In this document: positions 28,164-37,062 of the stretch, one piece after another
How the letters are laid out: each line of letters begins with the position of its first letter
How positions within the stretch are numbered: the first letter of the stretch is position 1
NCBI GenBank assembly: GCA_964592145.1
Contig: CAZQBX010000003.1
Coordinates: 78,137-142,136 of the forward strand
Origin: an uncultured Ignavibacteria bacterium
Lineage (GTDB): Bacteria > Zixibacteria > MSB-5A5 > CAIYYT01
Length of the DNA: 64,000 nt
Reading direction: 5' to 3'
Notes under the pieces: generated by a model
What the model was told of the DNA's origin: nothing
Databases searched by the model: none
What the model saw: the letters and a program-made list of their open reading frames with translations, nothing else
Made by a program: the position numbers and the translations under genes

Positions 28164-28695
28164 TAAACGATCCTTTGGGCTGGCGTTTGATGGTCGTGTG
28201 CTCGAGTCGTTGATCAGTCTCGAGCCCGAATCCGGAAATCATATCGCCGCCGCGATAGATTTCGACATAGCCTTCGGTCTCGATGCGCTCGGTCTTGGCG
28301 TTCCAGCGGAGCGAATCGGCAACGAGGCGACGGTTATCTTCTGTCCAAGCCTTGACGTGGCCAAAGACCGACATGGTGCTGGCGCGCTGACTGACTCTGG
28401 AGGAGTCAGCAGTGAGGGTCGACGTGTGGTTGCCGGAACTGTCGAAGAATAATACTTCCACCTTGTAGAGTAGAGTCGTATCGATTCGCGCATAGGTCAT
28501 CAGCGTGTCGGATTTGATCGTCGCTTTGCGCTTGCCGCCGCTGGTAAGGTAGATCTCGGAATTGGTCATCACCTGATCCGGCGCGTCGCTGACGGTGGTT
28601 TTGGCAGGTGGAGTCTCAGTTGTGTCGGCGCCGCAGGAAATGATCGTTGCGGCGACGCAGGCGTAAATCAGACACAAGCGGCAGATTTGTTTCAT
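28150..28695 (-). CDS. Hypothetical lipoprotein, possibly LptC/OstA-N-like
   Basis: Lipobox (ATIISCG); beta-rich; weak resemblance to the LptC fold; 14-nt overlap with the downstream gene. Confidence 0.3.
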   Translation of the reverse strand: MKQICRLCLIYACVAATIISCGADTTETPPAKTTVSDAPDQVMTNSEIYLTSGGKRKATIKSDTLMTYARIDTTLLYKVEVLFFDSSGNHTSTLTADSSRVSQRASTMSVFGHVKAWTEDNRRLVADSLRWNAKTERIETEGYVEIYRGGDMISGFGLETDQRLEHTTIKRQPKGSFNEPD

Positions 28696-28784
28696 CGCAT
28701 TATTATACGATATTGCAACAAACTAAGCAGTTGATTTTGGAATTTTCGCAAACCGTTCCAGACGCTCTCGCTAGCTACTGTCTC

Positions 28785-29264
28785 CTAGCTATTTACGTAG
28801 TCCTGTCGATAGCTGCGTTTGACATCATTACTACGGAGATCGATTCCATGCTCGAGATAGCTCTTTAGATTTGTCAGGAAGAACGTCCAACCCTGTATAC
28901 AACCCCGGTGCATTGACCATTTGGATTCCGGATCGGTTTTCATGTTATATTGCTTGAGTTCGCAAAGGGTGCCCTTACCATCCTTCTTGAAGACAACCGA
29001 AACCTCGGTGCCGTCTTTGCCAAATGGAAATACAAACTTCTTGTTTTTGACAATCTGCTTGACCTTGTCATCGAGTTTATCGCCGGCGAGCCATTCGAAG
29101 TAGAGGCGGCCGCCCTTGCGGGGTTCAATCACCGTCTTCTGCGTAAACCATTTAGAGACGACTCTGTCATCAGTCCACGCTTGAAAGACCTTCTCCGGTT
29201 TGGTGTTGATGTAAACCCGTAAGACAAACTGCGACCAATCGTGTTTCTTACTTTTTGCTGCCAT
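28785..29264 (-). CDS. SRPBCC-superfamily protein (AHSA1/Aha1-like)
   Basis: VYINTKPEKVFQAWTDDRVVSKWF N-terminal signature. Confidence 0.55.
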   Translation of the reverse strand: MAAKSKKHDWSQFVLRVYINTKPEKVFQAWTDDRVVSKWFTQKTVIEPRKGGRLYFEWLAGDKLDDKVKQIVKNKKFVFPFGKDGTEVSVVFKKDGKGTLCELKQYNMKTDPESKWSMHRGCIQGWTFFLTNLKSYLEHGIDLRSNDVKRSYRQDYVNS

Positions 29265-29412
29265 CTCGTTCCTCCAGTGAATGGTTGTCGCTGCAAAAGT
29301 AGCCTATTTCTCGCGATTTTGTCAATCACCGATTAGTTAGACCGCTGCCACAACTATCGTGCTTACGAGCGTATAATCGGGTGGGTTGAATTGGAAACGA
29401 AGGAATCACAAG

Positions 29413-30036
29413 ATGAAGATCACAGCAGTAGGCTTATCGGCAGCCCTGATTGTCAGTATTGCATTGGCAGGGACACCGGCTCCCGATGCAAAGAAAGAAT
29501 CGAAGACGGAGAGCACCATGACGGAACAAACAGCAATCGAGTACCGGGCGATACCTTTCAAGACAATTGATGGCGAAGCGATCAGCCTCAAGGCCTTCGA
29601 AGGCAAGGTGGTGCTGATCGTCAATGTCGCGAGTCATTGCGGCTACACCAAGCAGTACACGGGTCTTGAAGCGCTGTACGACAAGTACAAGAATCAGGGT
29701 GTTGTGGTTGTCGGGTTCCCAGCGAATAATTTCGGCGGGCAGGAACCGGGAACAGATGAAGAAATCAAGGAATTCTGCACCACCAAGTTTGATGTATCAT
29801 TTCCGATGATGTCAAAGGTTAGTGTCAAGGGGGACGACATCCACCCGTTGTTCAAGTACCTGACACAGACTTCAAATATTCCCGGGGAAATCGCCTGGAA
29901 CTTCAGCAAATTCTTGATCGACCAGAAGGGCAATCTCGTGGCGCGCTGGCCATCTAAAGCTGAACCGATGGGTGAAGAGATTACCGGCAAGATTGAAGAA
30001 CTATTGAAGGCGTCCAAGAGGGAAAACAAGTCTTAA
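29413..30036 (+). CDS. Glutathione peroxidase (Cys-type, exported)
   Basis: VVLIVNVASHCGYTKQY active-site motif with Cys (TGC), so no selenocysteine; FPANNFGGQEPG and WNFSKFLID motifs; signal peptide from M29413. Confidence 0.85.
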   Translation: MKITAVGLSAALIVSIALAGTPAPDAKKESKTESTMTEQTAIEYRAIPFKTIDGEAISLKAFEGKVVLIVNVASHCGYTKQYTGLEALYDKYKNQGVVVVGFPANNFGGQEPGTDEEIKEFCTTKFDVSFPMMSKVSVKGDDIHPLFKYLTQTSNIPGEIAWNFSKFLIDQKGNLVARWPSKAEPMGEEITGKIEELLKASKRENKS

Positions 30037-30054
30037 CGTAAAGGCTCCAAAAAT

Positions 30055-30092
30055 GAAAAAGTGCGGCCGTCGATTTCGATAGCCGCACTTCT
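30055..30092. terminator. Hairpin (gtgcggc/gccgcac, 14-nt loop) flanked by an A-run; terminator for the convergent minus-strand operon
   Basis: On the minus strand the hairpin is followed by CTTTTTCATTTTTGG. Confidence 0.45.
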
Positions 30093-30111
30093 GATTCCCA
30101 CTCCCTCGCTA

Positions 30112-33100
30112 TTACTTTTCTCCGAAAACCTGCGACAATTTGGCATCGGTGCGTTCATCAAGAACGAGCACATTGGGGTACTTCACTTCGGTGGCCTTGA
30201 CTAATGTTGGATACACTTCGAAGTTAGCCCTGCCGCCAGGAGCAGGAAACGTCTGGCCGAATTTCGCCGCATTGTCGACTTTCTGATCCCGTTCGGGCAG
30301 CAGCTTGTGCATCTCCTTGGCAAGGAACTCGTGCGAATATGATGCGCCGTGAACACCACCATCGGCAGACTGCATAATCCGTGCGATAATATCAATGTTG
30401 CTGTGGCCGGTAAGTGATTTGCCCAGAGGTTTCAATGACTGCCGCAAGCCCTCCCAATTCGTCATAGTACCTTCATCTTCGACATAGCTGTTGAGCGGAA
30501 GGACAACGTCAGCGAGTTTAGCGGTTTCGGTCATGAACAAATCGGCAACGACCAGAAACTCGAGTTTCTCCACGCGTTTATACCAATCGGGATCGATAGC
30601 GGGATTTTCACCGAGGATGACTGCACCTTTGAGTTTGCCATTCTCAAAATCAGTGCGGAAGTCACCGCCCTCACCGTTCTTCAAGCAGTCAAGATCGTGA
30701 TTCCACAACGTCGATAGCTTCGCAAAACTCTCGGGGGTGATCAGTGCGCCGCCCGGTAACAGCCGTTGATCGAAGCCGGCGATTTGCATGCCACGGGTAT
30801 TCGCTTGGCTTGACAACAGAATCATTCCGCTTCCGTCGGTGCCGATTCGTCCGGTCATAAGCATCAACGAGGCCAGTGCTTTGAGGTCGTTCGGTGAGCG
30901 GTCGCGACGGCTGTCCAGGTTGTAAATGGCGACGACTTTGCGATCTTTGGCGGAAAGCAATCGGGCGCATTCTTCAATTTTAGCGGCCCGGACGCCGGTT
31001 ACCGATGAGACCTCGTCGGTATCGATGACTTCAATGTATCGACGGAAGCGTTCGTAGTTCTTGGTGCGCGAGTCGAGGTAGGACCGATTCTCTTCGCCCT
31101 GTCGAATGACCTCGGCCATCAATCCATTAAGCAGCAAGGTTGCTGTTCCGCGGCGCGGATCAAGCCACTGCGTGGCATAACGGTTGATTCCAATGTCTGC
31201 GGAATTGACAACGATGGCTTGCTTTCCCTTCTTGAGCATGCGTTTGAGCCGCCAGCCCAGGACGGGATTCTCGGTAAAGGGATCGCAATTGACGAGCAAG
31301 ATCAGATCTGCCGATTCCAACTCGGTTGTTCCGCAGGTAGACACTGTTGCGCCCAACAAACCGTCGAGCGCGTGATAGTCGGCCTCGGTCGCCAAGTGCT
31401 GGAAACTGCCAATGGCATTGGTTTCAAGGGTGACGCGGGCGAGCTTACCTGCAAGGTAGAGTTCCTCATCGGTGAGTTTCGGCGACGCCGACACCATCAT
31501 TGCCTTACGCCCGTACTCGAGGCGGAGATCTTTTGCGCCTTGCTCGATTCGCTCCCAGGCTTCTTCCCAAGTTGCCGGTACCAGATCGCCGCCCTTGCGG
31601 ACGTATGGCTTGCGCAGGCGTTCGTTGCCGAGAAGCTGCTGATAACCGTATCTGCCTCGAACGCACAACTCACCGAAGTTTGGTTCGCCCTCGAAAGAGC
31701 CGGAGACATAGAACAGGTCGGCGGTCTTGGCGTTGATCTCAACGTTACAGCCGATAGAACAGAAATTGCAGACGTTCTTGATGCGGTGCATCAGCCACGG
31801 ACCAGAACGACCGAACGGCAGTTTGTTGACGATTGCTCCAGTTGGACAAACGTCGACGCAGTTGCCGCACGAGACGCAGTTGGTTTCGGCGAGGGCTTTT
31901 TCGAGGGCCGGCTTGACCATGGTGCGGAAACCGCGATTAACGAAGCCGAGCGCAGAGACATCGAGGATGTCGGCACAGGTTCGCACGCAGCGGCCGCAGT
32001 TGATGCATTTGTTTGCGTCGAGTGTGATGTAGGGATGGCGCGTATCGATCTTGTAGCGGTTGAATTCACCGACAAAACGCGTCTGGTCGGCGCCATACTC
32101 ACCACAGTAGTCTTGCAGCTTGCATTCAAGTGCAACCTGACAGCCGCACTCCATACAGCGGCAGGCTTCGAATTTTGCCTGTTCTTCTGTAAGCCCAAGT
32201 TCAACTTCTTTAAAAGAGCGGATTCTCTCGGCGACCGGCAATTCCGCGATGTGAGTTCGTTCGCTGGTCTTCGGATCGCAGAAGTCTTCGGTGGTAAAGT
32301 CCTTAAGATTGTCTTTGCGGCTGGCGAAGAGCGGCTTGAGGCGTTCGTAGTGGCCGGTTTCAATAAAACGTTGAATCGCATAGGCCGCTAGACGACCGGC
32401 TGCTACGGCATCGATAGCGTCAGCAGGACCAGTGACGACGTCGCCACCGGCGAAAACACCAGGCCGATTTGTCTTGAAAGTACCTTCGGCCGCGATGATT
32501 GTATGCCACTTGCTAAGTTCAATTTCGTTCTCATCCGAATCGCCATTTTGGACGCCGGCAAGGTCGGCCTCCTGACCAATGGCAGAAATCACAAAGTTGC
32601 AGTCCAGCGTGTAGTTAGAGCCCTTCTTTTCGACCGGACGGCGACGACCCGATGCATCTGGTTCGCCGAGTTCCATTTCGATGCATTCCATTGATTGAAG
32701 CACGCCGTCTTTGGAATTGATCTTGGTCGGAGCCGCCAGATACTTGAAAACGATGCCCTCTTCCTCTGCGGCGACGATTTCCATTTCGTTTGCCGGCATT
32801 TCTTTGCGTGTGCGGCGGTAGAGCAGGATGACTTCGTCGGCACCGAGGCGAAGCGAAGTTCGGGCGGCGTCAATAGCCGTGTTTCCGCCGCCGACCACAA
32901 CCACGCGGCCCTTGATCGCCGGTGCGTTGTTCATCGTCACGTCGCGCAAGAAGTCAACACCGCCGAGCACGTTCGTTACCTGCTCATTGGCAATACCCAT
33001 GCTCTTGGCGAGTTGAGCGCCGAGGCCAACAAACACGGACTTGTAGCCTTGTTCAAAGAGCCCGTCAATAGTGATGTCGCGCCCGAGTCTCGTGTTGGTG

Positions 33101-33873
33101 TGGACATCGACACCTAAGTCAGTGATCCATTTGATTTCTTTATCGAGAATCGCCTTCGGCAGACGGTATTCCGGTATACCGTAACGCAGCATGCCGCCGA
33201 GTTCGGGCAGCGCTTCGAACACCGTCGGCTCGTAGCCTTCGAGTGTCAGGTAGTAGGCGCAAGTCAATCCGGCCGGACCGCCGCCGATGATTGCGACTTT
33301 CTTGCCATTACGAGGCTTCGGAACTGGAGTCCACATGTCGTCGAGGTCTTTGTCTGCGGAGAATCGTTTCAAGTAGTCGATTCCAACTGCATCATCGATC
33401 AATTTTCGGCGGCATGACAGCTCGCATTTGCGAGTGCAGACCCGGCCGCAAACCGACGGGAATGGGTTCTTTTCCTTAATAAGTTGGACGGCTTCGTGGT
33501 ATTTGCCCAGATATGTCAATGAAAGGTAGCCCTGAATATCAACGTCCGCAGGACAGTTCAGGCGACAAGCGCCGAAACAATCGGCATAGTGGTTGGAAAC
33601 CAGCAACTCCAGGCACGTCTTCCGCGCATCGACAACTTTCGGCGAGCGCGTTTGCAGCACCATGCCGTTCCACGGCTTGGTGGCGCAGGACGGTACGAGC
33701 TTGCTCATGCCTTCGACTTCGACGACACACAAGAAGCATGAACCGAACGGTTCGAGCTTTCGGTCGTAGCACAAGGTTGGGATCGAGTCGAGTTTTTGAT
33801 CGTGAACGATTTCGAGAATGGTTTTACCGGGATCAGCGGTGACTTGTTTGCCGTTTATGGTAATCGTAATCAT
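30112..33873 (-). CDS. Fused iron-sulfur flavoprotein: [2Fe-2S] ferredoxin, GltD-like NAD(P)H FAD oxidoreductase, 2x[4Fe-4S], and a molybdopterin-oxidoreductase-like domain lacking the Mo-ligand Cys/Sec (SfrA/SfrB-like fusion rather than a true formate dehydrogenase)
   Basis: N-terminal NuoG/FdhA-like 2Fe-2S (CYDRKLEPFGSCFLCVVEV). GltD signature (NPFPSVCGRVCTRKCELSC; KKVAIIGGGPAGLTCAYYL...GGMLRYGIPEYRLPK). Two CxxCxxCxxxCP ferredoxin motifs. MopB 4Fe-4S (CNFCSIGCNV). In the region aligning to FdhF ARVUHGPSV the sequence is AIGSFQHLATE with no Cys. No in-frame TGA. Confidence 0.7.
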   Translation of the reverse strand: MITITINGKQVTADPGKTILEIVHDQKLDSIPTLCYDRKLEPFGSCFLCVVEVEGMSKLVPSCATKPWNGMVLQTRSPKVVDARKTCLELLVSNHYADCFGACRLNCPADVDIQGYLSLTYLGKYHEAVQLIKEKNPFPSVCGRVCTRKCELSCRRKLIDDAVGIDYLKRFSADKDLDDMWTPVPKPRNGKKVAIIGGGPAGLTCAYYLTLEGYEPTVFEALPELGGMLRYGIPEYRLPKAILDKEIKWITDLGVDVHTNTRLGRDITIDGLFEQGYKSVFVGLGAQLAKSMGIANEQVTNVLGGVDFLRDVTMNNAPAIKGRVVVVGGGNTAIDAARTSLRLGADEVILLYRRTRKEMPANEMEIVAAEEEGIVFKYLAAPTKINSKDGVLQSMECIEMELGEPDASGRRRPVEKKGSNYTLDCNFVISAIGQEADLAGVQNGDSDENEIELSKWHTIIAAEGTFKTNRPGVFAGGDVVTGPADAIDAVAAGRLAAYAIQRFIETGHYERLKPLFASRKDNLKDFTTEDFCDPKTSERTHIAELPVAERIRSFKEVELGLTEEQAKFEACRCMECGCQVALECKLQDYCGEYGADQTRFVGEFNRYKIDTRHPYITLDANKCINCGRCVRTCADILDVSALGFVNRGFRTMVKPALEKALAETNCVSCGNCVDVCPTGAIVNKLPFGRSGPWLMHRIKNVCNFCSIGCNVEINAKTADLFYVSGSFEGEPNFGELCVRGRYGYQQLLGNERLRKPYVRKGGDLVPATWEEAWERIEQGAKDLRLEYGRKAMMVSASPKLTDEELYLAGKLARVTLETNAIGSFQHLATEADYHALDGLLGATVSTCGTTELESADLILLVNCDPFTENPVLGWRLKRMLKKGKQAIVVNSADIGINRYATQWLDPRRGTATLLLNGLMAEVIRQGEENRSYLDSRTKNYERFRRYIEVIDTDEVSSVTGVRAAKIEECARLLSAKDRKVVAIYNLDSRRDRSPNDLKALASLMLMTGRIGTDGSGMILLSSQANTRGMQIAGFDQRLLPGGALITPESFAKLSTLWNHDLDCLKNGEGGDFRTDFENGKLKGAVILGENPAIDPDWYKRVEKLEFLVVADLFMTETAKLADVVLPLNSYVEDEGTMTNWEGLRQSLKPLGKSLTGHSNIDIIARIMQSADGGVHGASYSHEFLAKEMHKLLPERDQKVDNAAKFGQTFPAPGGRANFEVYPTLVKATEVKYPNVLVLDERTDAKLSQVFGEK

Positions 33874-33881
33874 TATTCACC

Positions 33882-35645
33882 TTAGTCCTTGATAACCGCG
33901 TCCTGATTGCAGACAGTAAAACACTTCCCGCACTGGATACACAGATCCTGCAGAATCTTGTGCGGCATCTTCTTTTCGCCGATGATGGCATCGGTCGGAC
34001 AGGAGCGCGGACAGAGCATGCAGCCGTTGCACTTTTCCTGGTCAATCGTGTAAGTCAACAACGGACTGCAAACATGCGCCGGGCACTTCTTCTGACGAAT
34101 GTGCGCTTCGTATTCATCGCGGAAGTAGCGCAGAGTAGACAAGACCGGATTCGGCGCCGTCTGGCCGAGCCCACATAGTGATGCGATTTTTATCTGCTCG
34201 CCGAGTTGGTCGAGTGTGACGAGATCTTCTTCCTTGCCCTTGCCTTCGGTGATACGCTCAAGAATCTCCAGCATGCGCTTGGTGCCGATACGGCAGAAGG
34301 TACACTTGCCGCAGGATTCCGCTTGTGTAAATGCGAGGAAAAATTTGGCAACATCGACCATACAGGTGGTTTCGTCCATCACGACCATACCACCCGAACC
34401 CATAATTGCGCCGGTCTTATTGATCTGCTGATAATCTATCAGCGTCTCGCCGAGCGAGGCCGGTATACAACCACCGGATGGTCCGCCCATTTGGACGGCT
34501 TTGAACTTCTTATCGTTGATGATGCCGCCGCAGATCTTGAAGATGATATCGTTGATACTCATCCCCATCGGGACTTCGACCAAGCCAGTGCGCTTGACTT
34601 TGCCTGCCATGGCAAAGACCTTTGTGCCCTTGCTGTCTTCAGTGCCATAGGCGGCATAGGCAGCGCCGCCATTGAGAATAATCCACGGAATATTGGCAAA
34701 GGTTTCGACGTTGTTGATGTTGGTCGGTTTTCCCCACAAACCTTGCTGGGCCGGAAATGGCGGGCGGAACCGCGGCATGCCGCGACGACCTTCGATTGAG
34801 GCTATCAGCGCGGTTTCTTCGCCGCAGACGAAAGCGCCTGCGCCTTCTTTGACTTTGATACTAAAGTTGAAGTTGCTGCCGAAGATATTGTCGCCCAGAA
34901 GTCCCTGTTTTTTTGCCTGCGAGATAGCGAGGCGCAGACGGGCAACAGCTTTGGGATATTCTGCACGGCAATAGATGTATGCTTCATCGGCGCCGATCGC
35001 AAAACCAGCGATCATCATCCCTTCAAGGACGGAGTGTGGATCGCCCTCGAGAACTGAACGATCCATAAATGCGCCGGGGTCACCCTCGTCGGCATTGCAG
35101 ATGATGTATTTCTTGTCCGAAACGCTAGCACGAGTCAGTTCCCATTTCTTTCCTGTCGGGAATCCACCACCACCGCGCCCGCGTAATCCGGAAATCTGGA
35201 CTTCCTTGATGACTTGCTCGGGTGTCATCTCTTTGATGACTTTCTCGACGGCTTTGTAACCACCGCTCTGCAGATATTCCTGAAGCGAACTCGGATCGAT
35301 CACACCGCAGTTGCGGAGCACAATCCGCACTTGCTTGTCGAAAAAACCGACTTCTCGGTCGGCGCCGGAAACCAACCACTCGTCAATCGGCTTGTCGTTC
35401 TGAATATGGTCAGCGACGATTCGCTTTACGCGATCCGGGGTGACTTCGCCGTATAAGTAAGATTCCTGGTTGCCATTGGAAATCGAGACGAGCACCTCCC
35501 GGTAGCACATTCCAACGCAGCCGGTCTCACGGAGGACAAAGTCGGCGCCGTTCTGAAGCTCTTTCTGGAATGCCTCATAGACTTTTTCGCCGCCGGCAGA
35601 GATGCCGCAAGTAGCCAATCCGACCATTACAGTTTTTATAGCCAT
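33882..35645 (-). CDS. NuoF/HoxF/HydB-like NAD(P)H-binding FMN iron-sulfur subunit with an N-terminal thioredoxin-like 2Fe-2S domain and a C-terminal 2x[4Fe-4S] ferredoxin
   Basis: GGAGAFVCGEETALIASIEGRRGMPRFRPPFPAQQGLWGKPTNINNVETFANIPWI (51-kDa subunit signature); C-terminal CxxCxxCxxxCP x2. Confidence 0.85.
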   Translation of the reverse strand: MAIKTVMVGLATCGISAGGEKVYEAFQKELQNGADFVLRETGCVGMCYREVLVSISNGNQESYLYGEVTPDRVKRIVADHIQNDKPIDEWLVSGADREVGFFDKQVRIVLRNCGVIDPSSLQEYLQSGGYKAVEKVIKEMTPEQVIKEVQISGLRGRGGGGFPTGKKWELTRASVSDKKYIICNADEGDPGAFMDRSVLEGDPHSVLEGMMIAGFAIGADEAYIYCRAEYPKAVARLRLAISQAKKQGLLGDNIFGSNFNFSIKVKEGAGAFVCGEETALIASIEGRRGMPRFRPPFPAQQGLWGKPTNINNVETFANIPWIILNGGAAYAAYGTEDSKGTKVFAMAGKVKRTGLVEVPMGMSINDIIFKICGGIINDKKFKAVQMGGPSGGCIPASLGETLIDYQQINKTGAIMGSGGMVVMDETTCMVDVAKFFLAFTQAESCGKCTFCRIGTKRMLEILERITEGKGKEEDLVTLDQLGEQIKIASLCGLGQTAPNPVLSTLRYFRDEYEAHIRQKKCPAHVCSPLLTYTIDQEKCNGCMLCPRSCPTDAIIGEKKMPHKILQDLCIQCGKCFTVCNQDAVIKD

Positions 35646-35661
35646 TGTCCCAATACCTTCC

Positions 35662-36141
35662 CTATTTCCGCTTCAAGTCGCGCACGAGCTTGCGTGTTTT
35701 CTGAGGGGTCAAGCGGCCAAAGGTTTCGTTGCTGACCATAACGACCGGAGCTAACGAGCAACAACCCAGACACGCAACGGAGACCATGCTGAATTTCCCG
35801 TCTTCGGTCGTTTCTTCGTAGTTGATGCCAAGTTCGTCTGTCAAGGTATTGGCGATTTCCTTGACGCCATTGACATGGCAAGCAGTACCGTTGCATACCT
35901 TGATAACTTTTTCACCAAGGGGCTTGGTCCGAAATTGCGCGTAGAAGGTAACGACACCATAGATTTCTGCCGGAGGAACTCCGGTTACGTGACTGATGTA
36001 GTCAATGGCGCGTTCGGATACATAACCGTATGTATCTTGCGCTGATTGCAGCAGCGGTATAAGAGCTCCGGCGTGGCCGTCATACTTCCAAATATCTACA
36101 TTAAAGGGTTTGAATTCTTTATCATTCGTCTCCATGGTCAT
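35662..36141 (-). CDS. NuoE/HoxE/HydC-like thioredoxin-like [2Fe-2S] ferredoxin subunit
   Basis: VCNGTACHVNG...SVACLGCCSLAPVVMV 24-kDa subunit motif. Confidence 0.8.
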   Translation of the reverse strand: MTMETNDKEFKPFNVDIWKYDGHAGALIPLLQSAQDTYGYVSERAIDYISHVTGVPPAEIYGVVTFYAQFRTKPLGEKVIKVCNGTACHVNGVKEIANTLTDELGINYEETTEDGKFSMVSVACLGCCSLAPVVMVSNETFGRLTPQKTRKLVRDLKRK

Positions 36142-36324
36142 GTCTCCTGATGTAGAGCGGCGAGACGATCACACCACAAACTTGTTCGGTGTCGGTCGAC
36201 AGGCTTTTCCATTGCCAAACCTATGTCTTTGTGAAAAAAATCGCAAGCAAAATCGTCCTGTTTCTGCATTTTTTCCATTTCAATCACTAATTTATGAGAT
36301 AATTTATCCTGTATTAGTGTCGGC

Positions 36325-36876
36325 TTAGAAGCCCGCGAGCTTAATAATGCGATTTTCCTTTGCTCGCAGCACGCCGGGGAGGGGACGAATCCTATCATTA
36401 ATCAGCTTGTCCAAGGAGTCAAAACTGGTGGCCTCTATACGCAGGACGAGTGAGAATTGGCCGCTGGCGACTTCGCAGGAAGTCACAGAGCCTAAGACAC
36501 TTAGGGTGCTGAAGATGTCCTCAAAATGACGACGGTCGGTCTCGAGAAACAGGTAGCACTCGGCGCTGGGCTTGGTAGATTTAGTTGACTGCTCGTTGCC
36601 GTCATTGGCACCCTCGACGGCCAATTCGACGTGGCAGATATCAACTTCCTTCACACCCTTCAGAATTCGGATCGTGTTACTGACGAATTGATCGATATTG
36701 GCGCCCGGCAGATCTCGAATGAGAAGAATGATATCGTAGTCGCCGTCAACAGCGTCGGAAGCGAGAACCTGATCAAAACCAGCCAGGGCTTGCATGACTT
36801 CCAAACGATCTTGACGGTTGTGTACCTTGAGGAGTGCGTAACTGCCGGTGGGTCTTTCATTAGTGTCGAAGTCCAT
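36325..36876 (-). CDS. Hypothetical protein with two tandem Lrp/AsnC-type C-terminal (RAM) domains and no HTH
   Basis: Two about 75-aa halves with beta-alpha-beta-beta-alpha-beta-like pattern (YALLKVHNRQDRLEVMQALAGFDQV... and CYLFLETDRRHFEDIFSTLSVLGSV...); first gene of the nuoE/F-like operon. Confidence 0.35.
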   Translation of the reverse strand: MDFDTNERPTGSYALLKVHNRQDRLEVMQALAGFDQVLASDAVDGDYDIILLIRDLPGANIDQFVSNTIRILKGVKEVDICHVELAVEGANDGNEQSTKSTKPSAECYLFLETDRRHFEDIFSTLSVLGSVTSCEVASGQFSLVLRIEATSFDSLDKLINDRIRPLPGVLRAKENRIIKLAGF

Positions 36877-37062
36877 TTGTGCTCCTGTGCTCAGGCGGGT
36901 CGAAAGAGATTGTAAGTGGACGAAGTTAACGCCTGTTCACTTGAAATATATTAGTGGAACGGCCAATATTAAAGATATTTCTTGGCGAAGTTAGATAAAT
37001 TTGTTCACTTTTTTGCTCCCGCAAGCAGCTTGTTCAACGCTCAATTCTGACTTAGATTACCC

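Noticed and set aside
30112-33873. Selenocysteine-containing formate dehydrogenase call for the 1253-aa fusion
   Set aside because: The 1253-aa ORF is uninterrupted, so there is no in-frame TGA, and the residue aligning to the Mo ligand is not Cys. In the glutathione peroxidase the active-site codon is TGC (Cys), not TGA.
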